A DNA stretch of 64,000 nt from Octopus sinensis (GCF_006345805.1 NC_042997.1:144708001-144772000), one strand, 5' to 3'. Counted from the first letter of the stretch, positions 1-13,293 are shown. The notes: generated from the letters alone by a model not told the origin. Program-made: numbers and translations.

Positions 1-272
1 GGTCATGGCTGACCTAGACCTAAGCAACAAGTGGTATTGATTATATTAACTTTAGATAGACAAAGGGCAAAACCTACTCTGGAAAGATTTCAACTCAAAA
101 CAGAGCAGAACAAAAGTACATCTATCCTTGTTTACCATGAGTGTTTAGTTGAAAAAGAAAAAGCAAAATGATAGATGAATAATTCCCATGCACTTTATAA
201 ATGGAAAGAATAATAGATTCATTGATACCAAATTTGTGACACACAGCAACAAAGCTTCTTCATCTTAACAAA

Positions 273-590
273 CATCATTATCCTTTAATGGCCATTTTCC
301 ATGCTGGCATGGGTTGGACAGTTTGGCAGAAGCTGGCCAGTTGGAGAGCTGCACCAGGTTCCAACTGTTTGTTTTGGTATAATTTCTATGCCTGGATGCC
401 CTTCCTAATGCCAACCACTTTACAGCGTGTACTAGGTGCTTTTTATGTGGCACCAGAACAGATGCTTTTCACATGGCACCAGCATAGGTGCATTTCACAT
501 GGTACCAACACAGATGCATTTCACATGGCACCAGCACAGGTTCTTTTTTATGGAACCGGCATGAGTGCATTTTACTTAGCGGCACCAACA
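273..590 (-). mobile_element. Decayed SINE/LINE-tail retroposon, family F ((ATG)n tail)
   Basis: Matches the younger copy at 21146-21910 (ccatgctggcatgggttggac...ggatgcccttcctaatgccaaccac...ggtgctttttatgtggcacc); reverse complement of + copies at 5620 and 15750. Confidence 0.75.
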
Positions 591-1121
591 CCTTCCACAA
601 TTACAATTCTCTTGACCAGTTCTATCGTTTCCTTGAGAGAATGTCTGCATCATTTGTTAGGACCAGAAACCTTTGTATTTTTCTGTTCATTGAGCTCCAT
701 ATTGATGGATACAAGAACATAAATCCATATAAGAATAAAATATGCAACCTCAAAGTATGGTCGTATAAACATACGTGATAATCAATGCATTTTGGATAGC
801 TGAGCAAAATCTTTAAATGATCGCAGACCTAATTTAGCACAGACCAATCCATGATACTGCGTAAGACATGCTTTACAACTCAACATACTGTGTTATCCTG
901 AGTCTGTAATGAATTAATTAATGGTGAATGAGGTTACATGTATCATGTTTCCCATGGTTGTGGATGCTATTCCTTCATCAAGGTTGTAGTGTTAACCAGA
1001 TGACAAATTAAATCTATAGCCCAAGCAGGTCACAGGTGGGATTTGAGCTCACAATGTAAAGAGTTATAACAAATACTGCAAGGCATCACCTCTGATCCTC
1101 TAACATTTCCATTAGTCTGTC

Positions 1122-1300
1122 ATGCCGGCATGGCTGTGTGGTTAAGAAGATTGCTTTGCAACTACAGAGTTTTAGATTCAGTGCCAATGCACAGCAGCTT
1201 GAGCAAGTGTCTTCTGATATAGCCATAGACTGACCAATGCCTTGTGAGTGAATTTGGGAGATAGAAACTGTGTGGAAGCTCACTGCATGTGTGTGTGTGT
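1122..1300 (+). mobile_element. tRNA-derived SINE family A, decayed 5' half
   Basis: A-box-like TGGCTGTGTGG, degenerate B-box, gcaagtgtcttct...gccttgtgagtgaatttgg body, then (TG)n. Confidence 0.75.
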
Positions 1301-1327
1301 GTTTTCTTTTTTACATATATGTATATA

Positions 1328-2190
1328 CTAGCTGGTATACCTGGTAATTCCCAAGAGTAAAGATGTTCTATTGAAATGCCTTATTACTCTGATATAAGAA
1401 AGCAATTTCGTTATAACTTCCACATAAGGTATATTTTCCATCACAAAAAAACTGTGGGCTGGAGGAGGGAGAGATTGTTGAAGGTTGGCAGGAGAGGTTT
1501 TTGGAGTGTTGATGAGAGATTATTCTGCTTAGCAAAGGCATCAGGGAAATGTATAACTGCCGTCATTCACAGAAAAACTATTGTTTTACTGTAAGAAAAA
1601 CGCTTTTGAAGTGTTAAGTGAAATTTGGCAATTGAGGATTGAATCCATGCTATGCCTGCACGAAACAACTACAAATAAGTTGTGGAATAAAAAGTTTATC
1701 TACTGTCATGGAAAAAGTGTAGCTGTAAAAATGTAGAATTATCAAAGAAATGGGCATTCAAAAAAGTATGCATGTATAGAAATGTGTGAATGAAGTTTTT
1801 AATGTTTAAGATTCGAAATTAAAGAAGTACAATAATGTTTAGCAGTGAGTAGTGAAATGCAGAATTAGGTCAGCTGATCATGAGAATCAAATATTTATCA
1901 CTTCGCTAAAATTTGCAGGTAGTTTGAGTTATTTCCCTTGAGTTGTTTAAATAAAATATTAGTAATATGTAGGAGATAGAAGGAGCCATTGGAAGGGCCC
2001 TATTATCCATTTTTTCCAACAATCTAAGTATGTCATGAGGTTTCCAGACATGATTTCTACTTGCGTGTCAAATAAAGTATAAAAGTGATAGTCTGCAAAA
2101 ATTAGAAATAGGACATACAAAAAAAAGATCAATATTCAAAGTAATCGAACATAAATAATGAAATGGGTTATTTCTCTTGAGTGTTTAAAA
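1328..2190 (-). mobile_element. Possible decayed non-autonomous Helitron
   Basis: CTAG at 1328-1331 followed by a degenerate version of the hairpin end seen at 41311-41338 and 59398-59426; 5' end not located. Confidence 0.35.
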
Positions 2191-2212
2191 AAATATTGTA
2201 CAGGTGCTATGG

Positions 2213-2657
2213 ATTATTTCTACTCTAGGTACAAGGCCTGAAATTTTGGGGGAGGAGCCAGTCGATTAGATTGACCCCTGTACACAACTGATACTTAATT
2301 TATCAACCTCGAAAGGATGAAAGGCAAAGTCAATCTTGATGGAATTTGAACTCAGAATATAAAGACAGACAAAATACCGCTAAGCATTTTGCTTGGCATG
2401 CTAATGTTTCTGCCAGCTCGCTACCTTTGTAAATAAATAAATTCTTTTCTAATCTAGGCACAAGCCCTGAAATGTTGGGGGAGGGGGCTAATCAATTAGA
2501 TCAACCCCAGTACACAACTGGTACTTAATTTATCGACCCTGAAAGGTTGAAAGGCAAAGTTGATCTTGGAGGAATTTGAACTCAGAACGTAAAGACAGAT
2601 GAAATGCCTCTAAGCATTTTGCTGGTGTTCTAACAATTCTGCCAGCTTGCCGCCTTA
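2213..2657 (-). mobile_element. Two tandem copies of tRNA-derived SINE family B (CpG-decayed)
   Basis: Two ~215-bp copies (about 2213-2428 and 2442-2657) of gaaaggatgaaaggcaaagtc...ggaatttgaactcagaa...tctgccagctcgcc; homologous to 38824-39220 and 53735-54141. Confidence 0.85.
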
Positions 2658-3189
2658 ACACATTCAAATACACATCAGTGTATCTCAAGTGTTATGTTAT
2701 TTCTTTGTATTAAACAATAGTGTGTTATCTTTGATATCTCGGTGTGCAGTTTTAATCTAAATAGAAAGTACCCATGTCAGATTTCCTTTCAAAGTAACAG
2801 CAAATAGATGCTTAATCTCAGAAAAGAAAAGCTTAGCTTTCAACCAATAATTTATTTGCATATCTGTGTGCACATGTAAACATGTCTGAATGCATGTTTA
2901 GCATTATACGTGTACGAATATAAATGTATAATAGTAATGTATCCGAGAACGACAAATGTACATGTCGAAAATGGGTAAAAATACACACAGTGGATGTGGA
3001 CAATCTCAATCCTTCATCAGTTATCAACCAAACATCACCATTTTGATGGATTGGCTATATTATTGGTGTTGACTACAAGGCTTATTGTTTTTGGATTTTA
3101 AACACTCCTGAAATAAGACTTGGTTTTCTAATTGTCCTAGTGCTGAACAACAAAGAAACAAACAAAAAAAGGAAGGAAGAAAGGAAGTG

Positions 3190-3294
3190 TAGATAGATAG
3201 AGATAAATACATAGACAAAAGGATAGATAGACAGATAGATAGATACATACATACATACGTAGATAGATACATAGACAGACAGACACACAGACAA

Positions 3295-3371
<77 letters not shown>

Positions 3372-3505
3372 CAGACAGATAGATAGACAGATAGATAGAC
3401 AGATAAATAGACAGATAGATAGACAGACAGATAAATAGATAGACAGATAGACAGACAGATAAACAGACAGATAGGCAGACAGACAGACAGACAGATAGAT
3501 AGATA
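3190..3505. repeat. (TAGA/CAGA)n compound microsatellite
   Basis: Direct reading; source of spurious ORFs 3060-3536. Confidence 0.97.
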
Positions 3506-3507
3506 AG

Positions 3508-3665
3508 CACTTCTTGCATCTACTAAATCCACTCATTAGGCTTTGGTTAGCTTCAGGTGGCTTTAAAAAGAAGACACTTACCTAAGATACCATATAGTGG
3601 TAGCTGAACTCAAAACCATCTACTTTGGAAGTAAACCTCTTAACCACACAACCATGCCTGCACCT
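3508..3665 (-). mobile_element. SINE family A, decayed 5' half
   Basis: ctactaaatccactca...aagacacttacctaag...cttaaccacacaaccatgcctgcacc is the reverse complement of the family A head. Confidence 0.7.
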
Positions 3666-4096
3666 CTTAAAACTACTGACCATATATTTGCCACGAAAGT
3701 GTGGTGTGTGTGTGTGTATGTGTATGTAGAGCACAGTCACCAAGAGATTAAGAATTCATATCTAGAGATTTTGTCAAGGAAGCCTTATACGACGGCTGCT
3801 GCATTGATCAACAGAAGTAAGATAACACATTTATAGTTACAATAAACACATAAGCATTGTACATGCACAAACATACAAACATGAATGTGTACAGAAAAAC
3901 ATACATAAATATACACATGTAAAATAATGTATTTGTTTTCATGAAAACCACAGTAAAGACATTCAGCTGAGTTTAAGCAAATCCAGAGGATGCTAAATTA
4001 TATATATAGCTGCCAATACCAAATTATGTTAGCTGTGAAAAGTAAGGTTTATTGCATTACTGAATGTAATATACAAGCCTAATGGATAAAAATGAC

Positions 4097-4152
4097 GTGT
4101 GTGCATATACATATATATATATTTGTGTGTGTATGTATGTGTATAGACATGT

Positions 4153-4194
<42 letters not shown>

Positions 4195-4285
4195 GTATGT
4201 GTATATGTGTGTATGTATGCGTATAGACATGTAGATAATATATATATATACTTGTGTATGTGTATATGTGTGTATAGACATGTAG

Positions 4286-4325
<40 letters not shown>

Positions 4326-4767
4326 GTATATGTATATATATATATGTGTGTGTATGTGTGTATATATATATATGTGTGTGTGTATGTGTATATGTGTGTA
4401 TAGACATGTATGTTTGTGTGTATATACATATGTATATATGAGTGTGTGTATCTGTATATGTGTGTGTATTATATGTGAATATGTATATCTGTAAATAACC
4501 ATGGAACTGTGTATTTTGTGTGCATGCATGCATGTAGGTGTATGTGTATATGTATGTATATCTATATATATATATATGAGTTTGTGCATTTGTGTGTATG
4601 TATCTATGATATATTATATACACACAAAGTTACATAGAGAGACAGACAGACAGCTGCATACACATATATATACACATTCATTCATATAAAATACATATAC
4701 ACACACGTGTGTATGTTTGTGTTACATACACAGATTTACATAGAGAGAGACAGACAGGTGCATGTAG

Positions 4768-4799
<32 letters not shown>

Positions 4800-4885
4800 T
4801 CACTCATACAAAATACAAATACACACATGCTTGTATGTGTGTGTATTATATGAGTGTGTGTATGAATGTATGTATAAAGTTATGC
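4097..4885. repeat. (TA)n/(TG)n/(CA)n compound microsatellite
   Basis: Direct reading; source of spurious ORFs 4029-4891. Confidence 0.95.
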
Positions 4886-5407
4886 ATATAAATGTCAAAT
4901 TCAAAGAAGTGACATTGGCTTTTATTGCCAATAAATTGGAACTATTCGATTACAAACTCTGTGGTGCGCTTTTCATCTTTTCCTTTATTGTTTTGGTGTT
5001 TCCTCTTGTTGGACTTTGGCCAAACTGGAGCACCGCTTTCAAGTGCTTAAATGATCAAATCAACTCCCAATACATACTTTTACTTACATCTAATATGGTA
5101 CTTATTCTATTGATAACTTTTCGTTGAATCATTAAATTACAGGGACGTAAACAAACCACCACCAGATATCAAGAGGTGAGAAATATGCACAATGGAGCAC
5201 ACGCACACACACACAATCATTATCTCTACCATTTTAACATCCACTTTCCATTATCTCATAGTCTGGACAAAATTTGTTGAGGCTAGATGCCTTTCCTGTA
5301 GCTAACCATCACCTGTTTTCAAACAAGGTAATATTTTCTTATGACCAAACATGTCTTCAAAGACTGGACATGAAAAACACTGCTTGCAGAAAAGTGACAA
5401 ACACACA

Positions 5408-5448
<41 letters not shown>

Positions 5449-5459
5449 CAGTGGATACA

Positions 5460-5610
5460 ACAGGCTTTTTTCAGTTTCTGTCAACCAAATCCTATCGCAA
5501 TGCTTTGGTCGACCTGGGGTCATAGTAGAAGACATTTTCCCAAAGAAATGCGCTACACAGTGGGATTGAACCTGAAACCATGTAGTTGGAAAGCACAAAT
5601 CTGATCACAC
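5460..5610 (-). mobile_element. SINE family A fragment
   Basis: caggcttttttcagtttctgtcaaccaaatcc...agtagaagacatttt...cagtgggattgaacctgaaaccatgt. Confidence 0.7.
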
Positions 5611-5619
5611 AACTGATCT

Positions 5620-5757
5620 TGATATTAGGAAGGGCATCCAGCTGGAAAAACCATGCTAAAGCAGACAGTGCAGCTTGGCGCAGCCCCCAGACTTACTAGC
5701 TCCTGTCAAACCACCTGAGCCATGCTGGCATGGAAGATGGACATTAATTGATGATGA
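5620..5757 (+). mobile_element. Family F retroposon 3' end
   Basis: ttaggaagggcatccagctg...ccatgctggcatggaagatggacattaattgatgatg. Confidence 0.7.
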
Positions 5758-5863
5758 CAATTATTGCTCAAGAACATAACATAGAGACTGGTCCAAAATT
5801 CGAACTCACTACCTCATGTTTCTGAGCTCAACACTCAAACCACTGAACCATGCACCTTCACAT

Positions 5864-5897
<34 letters not shown>

Positions 5898-5971
5898 TGT
5901 GCATGCACACATGCACACACACGCACACACATACACACACACACACACACACACAGGGCTTCTGCTAAGCT

Positions 5972-6200
5972 AAAAAAAAATAAATGTGCCCTTTTAAAGC
6001 CTAGCCAGGCTCATGGGCCCAGTTTCCTGGTTTCAATGACATATGTGTTCCCCAGCTGGACAGGACACCAGTCCATCACTGCGTTACTTATTTTTGCCAG
6101 CTGAGTGGACTGGAGCAACATGAAATGAAGTGCTTTGCTCAAGAACACAATGTGTCACCCAGTCCAGGAATCGAAACCACAATCTTATGATCATGGTGCT
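5972..6200 (-). mobile_element. tRNA-derived SINE, family D head/core with a different 3' tail
   Basis: cagctgagtggactggagcaacatgaaatgaagtg..ttgctcaagaacacaa core shared with 27127-27432; tail (ggactggtgtcctgtccagctgggg on - strand) differs. Confidence 0.7.
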
Positions 6201-6569
6201 GCTAAGCTACCATTTATCAAATTCACTCATAAGACATTGGTTAGCCCCGGACAATCATAGACAATGCTTGTCCAAGAATCTGCTACAGTAAGATTGTTGC
6301 AAATCAAACTTCATAACCTTACAATTATGACTGCACCTATAATATGAATAAAATCGTGCCTAATATGTTTTTACTACAATCACAAGGTCAGGTTTAGAGG
6401 AGATAATTAATCTGAATGTGGGAGGATTCATAAAAGTTAAGTGTGTGATCTTTTCGCTGATTCTATATTTAGTTTTGTTTCTGATTTTCAATTTTAATCT
6501 CACCCTATTCTGATAACTTCTGATTCTTGAATAATTTGGACACACCTCTTTCTCTTTTGTGCTATCATA

Positions 6570-6720
6570 TACATATATTATGTATAAACACACACACACA
6601 AGTTTATATATATATATATATATATACCTACACATATATACATAAACATATGCATTCATCTATACACACACATATGTATACATACATGCATACACACAAG
6701 TTTATACTTCTCTCTCTCTC

Positions 6721-6809
<89 letters not shown>

Positions 6810-7120
6810 CACACATATACATACATATAGACATAAACATATTTAACTGTACATACAGACACACACATACATATAAACATATGCATTTATCTATACATAC
6901 ACACACATACATACATACTCACTTACTCATTCATTCACACACTCACACAAATATATATACACAAATATGCATATACAGAAAGTCCTACATATATCTATCT
7001 ATCTATCTACATGTGTGTGTACACACACGCAAACAAAGCATATATATGCATATACATACATATACATGCCTACACACATACATATACATACAAAGCCAGA
7101 CAGACAGGCAGGCAGGCAGA
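6570..7120. repeat. (TA)n/(CA)n compound microsatellite
   Basis: Direct reading; source of spurious 215-aa ORF. Confidence 0.95.
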
Positions 7121-7635
7121 AACTGGAAACGGTATACAAACTGCAAAGAAAAACTATTAAAGTTGAGAAGATAGAAAGAAAAATACTCTCTGCACAATTG
7201 ACATGATGCTGTCATGCTTGTTTCACTTCTATCATTCACAGATGCTATTTCTAAAACATAATTACATATATATAGTTTGCTCTAATGTATCCTTTTTATT
7301 TTTATCTTTACCAGGAGTGTGTATAACTGACTACTAACTATGGAAGATGCTTTATTGTGACTGTTAAGAGTTAACGAAAGTGAAAAGACTTGAAATGCAA
7401 TAACATGACAGCTCAATGTAAAATCTATGCTTAAGGTGAGACAGATTTTAGGTGATAGCATCTTTTAAACAGTCACGACTGATATTTCAAATTATTGCCG
7501 GTGAGATAAAAACGAAGCCAGAAATTTTAACAGGTGAGATTTTTGTTTATGTTCAAGCTATTTTGTAACTTGGAATTAAAAACCAGATTTCTCAAGATGG
7601 ATGTGGAGGAAAATATTGATGATCAGATGAAATAT

Positions 7636-7943
7636 AGGCACATGTGTGGCTGTGTGATAAGAAGTTTGCCTCCTGACCCTATGGTCTTTGGTTCAGTCCC
7701 ACTGCATGGTACCTTGAGCACGTGTCTTCTTCAATAGCCCCATGTTGATGAAAGCCTTGTAAGTGGATTTGGTAGTTGGAAACTGAAAGAAGCTGTGTGG
7801 TAAGAAGCTTGCTTCTCAACCACATGCTTCCTGGTTCAGTCCCACTGCATGGTACCTTGGGCAAGTGTCTTCTTCTAACTAGCCTCAGGCTGACCAAAGC
7901 CTTGTGAGTGGATTTGGTAGATGGAAACTGAAAGAAGCCTGTC

Positions 7944-7989
<46 letters not shown>

Positions 7990-7990
7990 T
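7636..7990 (+). mobile_element. Two tandem 5' halves of SINE family A plus (TG)n(TA)n
   Basis: ggctgtgtgataag...ggttcagtcccactgcatggtaccttg... occurs at 7648 and again at 7792. Confidence 0.85.
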
Positions 7991-8029
7991 TATCATCATC
8001 CATTTAAACATTTTGTACAATTTCAAAGA

Positions 8030-8722
8030 ATTTATGCTTCTGAGTTTTGAACTTTTACTTCAGTGCATACTCAGATTCAAGAGGAGGTTGATGGCACTTT
8101 AGAACCGTCTTGTTTTGATTCTCTATTATTTATACAAATAAGAGAATTATTTATGCATTTTTCTCAAAATGGATGAAGATTTAGATATATTCAGCGATCA
8201 CAAAAGCAATTTTTCATTTCATGATCTGGAAAGCTCTGGGGATGAATTAGATACATCTAGTTCAAACTCTGACAATTTTTCAGAAGATGACAAAGAAGAT
8301 AATCAGATAGATGCACGTGCATGGCACGAAATCAATTGCTTGTTTGATTTGAAGAGAAAGCAGATACATGTGTGATGTCTGCAAGATAACTTTGTGTGTA
8401 ACTCCTTGTCTTAAAAATTATCATTCTAAATAAACTGTCTATCTCATTTAAAAAAAATTTTCCTTTGATTTAAAACCAATACATCTTATAAAAAATCGAA
8501 GATAGTTAAGTTATATGTATTTTTTCAATGTCCGAGTTAACTCATTTAAATCCAAATGAGTAAAACTACATTTTAATTTCTATAATAAAAAATAAAAGAA
8601 ACAAGATAAAAATTTTTTTTTTTTTTTTGTAATTAACACGTGTATATAATTAAAAAAGGAAATTTTTAAAATGCTCTGAAATGAAACGCCATGTCAAAAT
8701 AATTGATCCATTACGGGGTTAA
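8030..8722 (+). mobile_element. Internally deleted non-autonomous piggyBac (right end ...GGGG|TTAA)
   Basis: Transposase remnants above plus terminal acgggg-ttaa at about 8713-8722; left TIR not found, start approximate. Confidence 0.55.
8169..8433 (+). pseudogene. piggyBac (PGBD4-like) transposase relic: acidic N-terminus joined to C-terminal Cys-rich domain
   Basis: ORF 8169 is an acidic/Ser-rich N-terminus ending DARAWHEI; in another frame 8353-8433 reads RESRYMCDVCKITLCVTPCLKNYHSK*, the piggyBac CxxC..LC..PC...YH motif. Catalytic core absent. Confidence 0.75.
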
Positions 8723-8929
8723 TATATAGTCTCGAATAAACTCAATTATGAGTGAATATGAATAAACAAAAAGATGGTTGGGTGGTTAACAAATTCACTT
8801 TGCAGCCATGTGTTTCAGGTTCAATCTTACTGCACGAAATCTTGCGTATCTATCTTCTACTGTTGTCCTAGGCCAAACAAAGCCTTATAAGGACATTTAG
8901 TTGATGGAAGCGCAGGGAGCTCATTGTGT

Positions 8930-9364
8930 GCACATGTGCAGATAAGCTTAATGTTGACACTACACACTTGTCACTACTTGAGCCAAATGGTGATGTTGTT
9001 GGCATGCCTGGTCACTCTACCCTGGAACAAAATATCTCTTCCTCTAACAAAAAAAAAAAAAACAAGAACAATAAAATCATCCTGGTTCTAACTCCAGAAG
9101 TATTTTATCATAGATCCAAGAATAAGAAAATAATAATTCAAAGCAACCAGTTATTTCAGATATGAAGGAAGCCTATCTACAGGATAACACCTTTCTTTGT
9201 GAACAACGCACAGCTAAAACCTTCACAAATTCTTCACCTCACAATCTCTGCTGAGTTTCCTTGACAACCACACATCACACACATCAATGAGCATAAACAT
9301 GTCTGTGTAGTTAGGTATGACCTCAACTGGATCAGAGCTGATATAGGACTAATCAACAACAAAG
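8930..9364 (+). mobile_element. Highly decayed RTE-clade LINE 3' fragment
   Basis: Scattered peptides DVVGMPGH (cf. GHVVRMPDH) and HVC...RADIGLIN (cf. C-terminal zinc finger RARIGLISH). Confidence 0.4.

Positions 9365-9401
<37 letters not shown>
9365..9401. repeat. (CAT)n microsatellite
   Basis: Direct reading; explains the poly-Asp run in ORF 9234-9482. Confidence 0.95.
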
Positions 9402-9402
<1 letters not shown>

Positions 9403-10144
9403 GGCCTACAAAGGTTCACACAAAACATCTCACAAATTCTTTGTACTATGTAATAAAAGATGATTAGGAATACGTTTGGCAATGTAATAATAATACAACA
9501 CCATAAAACACATTCTTAATCATTGTGCTACATAGTATCTACAGGTGTGCTGCAAGTGTTTGAAGCAAGTCGGAAAATGTTTGTGAAATTAGTTTAGAAT
9601 TTACCACTGTTTGAAACAGTTTTAAGTAGACTAATTGTTTAGGACATAATTATATTACTAAAATAACAGAATATGTGTGTCTCATGTTTTGAACCTGAAC
9701 TTCAACAATAATTTGAATTCAAGTCACACAAGCATCTTTTAAAATGAAATTGTTGTTGTGGGATCCATGAAATCAAATGATTCACTTTGATACTTTTTTT
9801 TACTAAAATGATATCTTTATGCTGTTTAAAGTATTTTGCACTGTTAGTTGAGGAAAATTTGTTTTTTTACAGAAATTTTATAATGTGTTTTTTTGATAGT
9901 GTTTCATAGAAATTATGTCAAATACTTTAATTTCATTTCTCACATTTTGTTTTTTCCCCTACATCAATATAAAATGTCTGATAGTCTGTCAATAGTAAAA
10001 AAAATCATCCAACTTTTATGCCAGTCATTATTTTACTTCTTTCTGAGAAGTTTTATTTTTTTTACTTTGGTAAAAACTATTTTCTTAAGACTGTATCCTT
10101 ATCCATATTACAACAGATTAGGTAAACCGTTTAAGTTTCAAGAA

Positions 10145-11178
10145 GGTGCATGGCTCAGTGGTTACAGTGTCAGGCTCACAATCATGAGGTAGTGAGTTCA
10201 ATTTCTGGCCCAGGCTATGTGTTCTGTTCTTGAGCAAGACACTTTATTTCATGTTGCCTCCAGTTCACAATCATGAGGTAGTGAGTTCAATTTCTGGCCC
10301 AGGCTATGTGTTCTGTTCTTGAGCAAGACACTTTATTTCATGTTGCCTCCAGTTCACAATCATGAGGTAGTGAGTTCAATTCTGGCCCAGGCTATGTGTT
10401 CTGTTCTTGAGCAAGACACTTATTTCATGTTGCCTCCAGTTCACATCATGAGGTAGTGAGTTCAATTCTGGCCCAGGCTATGTTTCATTTCTTGAGCAAG
10501 ACACTTTATTTCATGTGCCTCCAGTTCACATCATGAGGTAGTGAGTTCAATTCTGGCCCAGGCTATGTATTCTGTTCTTGAGCAAGACACTTTATTTCAT
10601 GTTGCCTCCAGTTCACAATCATGAGGTAGTGAGTTCAATTTCTGGCCCAGGCTATGTGTTCTGTTCTTGAGCAAGACACTTTATTTCATGTTGCCTCCAG
10701 TTCACAATCATGAGGTAGTGAGTTCAATTTCTGGCCCAGGCTATGTATTCTGTTCTTGAGCAAGACACTTTATTTCATGTTGCCTCCAGTTCACAATCAT
10801 GAGGTAGTGAGTTCAATTTCTGGCCCAGGCTATGTATTCTGTTCTTGAGCAAGACACTTTATTTCATGTTGCCTCCAGTTCACAATCATGAGGTAGTGAG
10901 TTCAATTTCTGGCCCAGTCTATGTATTCTGTTCTTGAGCAAGACACTTTATTTCATGTTGCTCCAGTTCAGTCAGCTGTAGGAATGAGTTGCGATGTCAC
11001 TGGTGCCAAGCTGTATCAGCCTTTCCTTTTCCCTTGGATAACATCGGTGGCATGGAGAAGGAAGGCTGGTATGCATGGGCGACTGTTGGTCTTCCATAAA
11101 CAATCTTGCCTGGGCTTGTACCTCGGAGGGGAACTTTTGAGGTGCAATCCCATGATCATTCATGACCAAATGGGTTCC
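10145..11178 (+). mobile_element. tRNA-derived SINE family D with internally amplified head
   Basis: A-box TGGCTCAGTGG at 10151, B-box GAGTTCAATT, and body 10971-11178 collinear with the single-copy element at 27127-27432 (-). Confidence 0.9.
10176..10968 (+). repeat. Tandem array, 9 x ~89 bp, derived from SINE head/core
   Basis: Unit starts at 10176, 10265, 10354, 10441, 10526, 10613, 10702, 10791, 10880; units near-identical, no spacers. Confidence 0.97.
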
Positions 11179-12038
11179 TTACTCTTAAGTTTTAACCAAC
11201 AATACACAATTAACAGATACAATTAATCATTATTAATCAGGCCTATCCAGACAACTTTATTTTCCATACGTATTATCATTAAAGAAGGACCATTTCAAAG
11301 ATAGGAAAAAAGAAAAAATCAGTAAAGAACTATCAACAAAAATGCAAATAGACAGAGAAGGAAAAATGGTGAAATAGCAAAGAAGGAGAGCTGGTAATTC
11401 AAGATACCCAATGTGAATGAAAGCAACTGAAAAATTGAAAGAGAGAGATTGTAGAGCTAGAGAAAAATTTAAATACGGCTAATGGGTTTTGCAATAGAAC
11501 AAAAATTCCTATAATTCATTTATATGAATGCATGATAGAAAGCAACATTGTTATAGAAGGTGAGTATTATAGAACATTATAGAAAATATGTCATTGTGCC
11601 AAGAATTAAACTGACTCCTTCTGGCACCACTTTACCATTCACCCTTATGTTCTTCATGTAGTTTCTAATTTGAGTGGCTTTCACAATGCCAGTCAATAAA
11701 TCATTATGTCAATCATACAGTAAAATAGCTATGTTGTTGTTGTTCTCAAACTGATCTATTTCTGCATGGACAATTGTTTGTAGCTCTGTCAAGAACTATA
11801 TGAAGTGATACAAGTATAATGACACTGCTACAAAGAAAAGAAAAAGTCTCCAATATTACATACACTTAAGTTTTCCAATGTTAAAACTTCTTAACTTTTA
11901 TATCATCCGGGTATATAATCATTCAGATAAATAAATAAATAAATAAATAAATACATACATAAATACATACATACATACATACATACATACATACATACAT
12001 ACATACATACATACACACACATATAAATATATATCTTT

Positions 12039-12420
12039 GCACAGGCATGGCTGTGTGATAAGAAGCTTACTCCCCAACCACATATTTCTGGGTTCAGTCC
12101 CACTGCATGACACTTCTACTATAGCCTTAGGCTGACTAAAGCCTTCTGAATGGATTTGGTAGACGGAAACTGAAAGAACTTGTGTGTGTGTGTGTATGTG
12201 TGTGTGTGTGCACACACGTGTTTGTCCCGTACCACAACTTCACAACTGGTGTTGGTCTATTTACATTCCAGTTACCTGGTGGTTCAGCAAAAGAGACCAA
12301 TATAATAAGTACCAGTCACATAAAAAAATGATAAAAAGGAAATGGGTTGATTCATTTGAGAAAAAAAATTCAAGGTAGCGCTCCAGCATGGCCACAGTCT
12401 AATGACTGAAACAAGTAAAA
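12039..12420 (+). mobile_element. SINE family A, near full length, decayed
   Basis: Head, internal (TG)n, 3' half ending ccagcatggccacagtctaatgactgaaacaagtaaaa. Confidence 0.85.
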
Positions 12421-12719
12421 TATAAAATATATGTTTTAGTATTTATTTTATATTCTCACACACAGCTTCTACAGAACATGAAAATGACATGAGATGGTTA
12501 TCTCAATGGTAAATGTATTCTAGACTTTATGAAGGGAGAAACTGTTTTCTTTTCATATCTGAAGAGTCAGGACTGGCTGACCTGCTCAGTAAAGAGACAT
12601 GGTGTTAATATAGTTTCATTTTTAGTTGATATCTTCTAAGCACTGAATGCCCTCAACAAGGATATGCAGAGAAAAATTGAACATATTCTTGCTTGTACTG
12701 ACAAAACTAATTCTTTTAA

Positions 12720-12919
12720 CCCTTTTGTTACTGTATTTATTTTGAGATGCTCTGTGTTTCTTTCAATTAATTTTAAATATTAAAGTTATCATTCAGCTAG
12801 TGTTAGAAACATAAATTGTGACTAAGGTTTGGTGGAAGATTTTTATTCAAAACTTATGAAAACAAGACATTTGCACTACAGAGCCAGAGCCAGTTTCAGC
12901 TGGGTTGGTAATGAAAGGT
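12720..12919. mobile_element. piggyBac-type MITE 1 (TTAA TSD)
   Basis: TTAA|cccttttgttac ... gtaatgaaaggt|TTAA. Confidence 0.75.
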
Positions 12920-12923
12920 TTAA

Positions 12924-13143
12924 CCCTTTAGCATTCAGATTACACTGCCAAATTTAATGCCTAATAATTCATATTGTATTGAATTAATCATGCATATTCT
13001 TATAACTCCAAGGTGTCGATGTTGAGATTGCTTATTTTAAAAATTACATTGTGGGTTAGGTGTGAGACACCAGATCTAGTCAGTTTGAGCATAAAACTTA
13101 TAGAATATTTTGGTTGGATATGACCGGTTTAAATGCTAAAGGA
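12924..13143. mobile_element. piggyBac-type MITE 2 (TTAA TSD)
   Basis: TTAA|ccctttagcatt ... aatgctaaagga|TTAA; shares TTAA 12920-12923 with MITE 1. Confidence 0.85.
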
Positions 13144-13293
13144 TTAAAATTTTAAAAAATAAACATTGTGGAGAACCAGAATAAAAAGAGAGTGAAGAAA
13201 AGAACTGAAATGTTTGAGCTAACAAAATCTTGTAAACTGGACAAAAATGAGTTAATCTTACTAAGTTAATCACTGCTTAGTAAAAAATATTAA

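Noticed and set aside
3060-7206. Long ORFs of 116-215 aa (also 32285-32878)
   Set aside because: Translations of (TAGA)n, (TA)n, (CA)n and (TG)n microsatellites that lack stop codons.
9234-9482. ORF with poly-Asp
   Set aside because: Caused by a (CAT)n microsatellite.
10176-10968. CRISPR-like regular array
   Set aside because: Units repeat end to end with no unique spacers, derive from a SINE, and there are no cas genes; context is eukaryotic.
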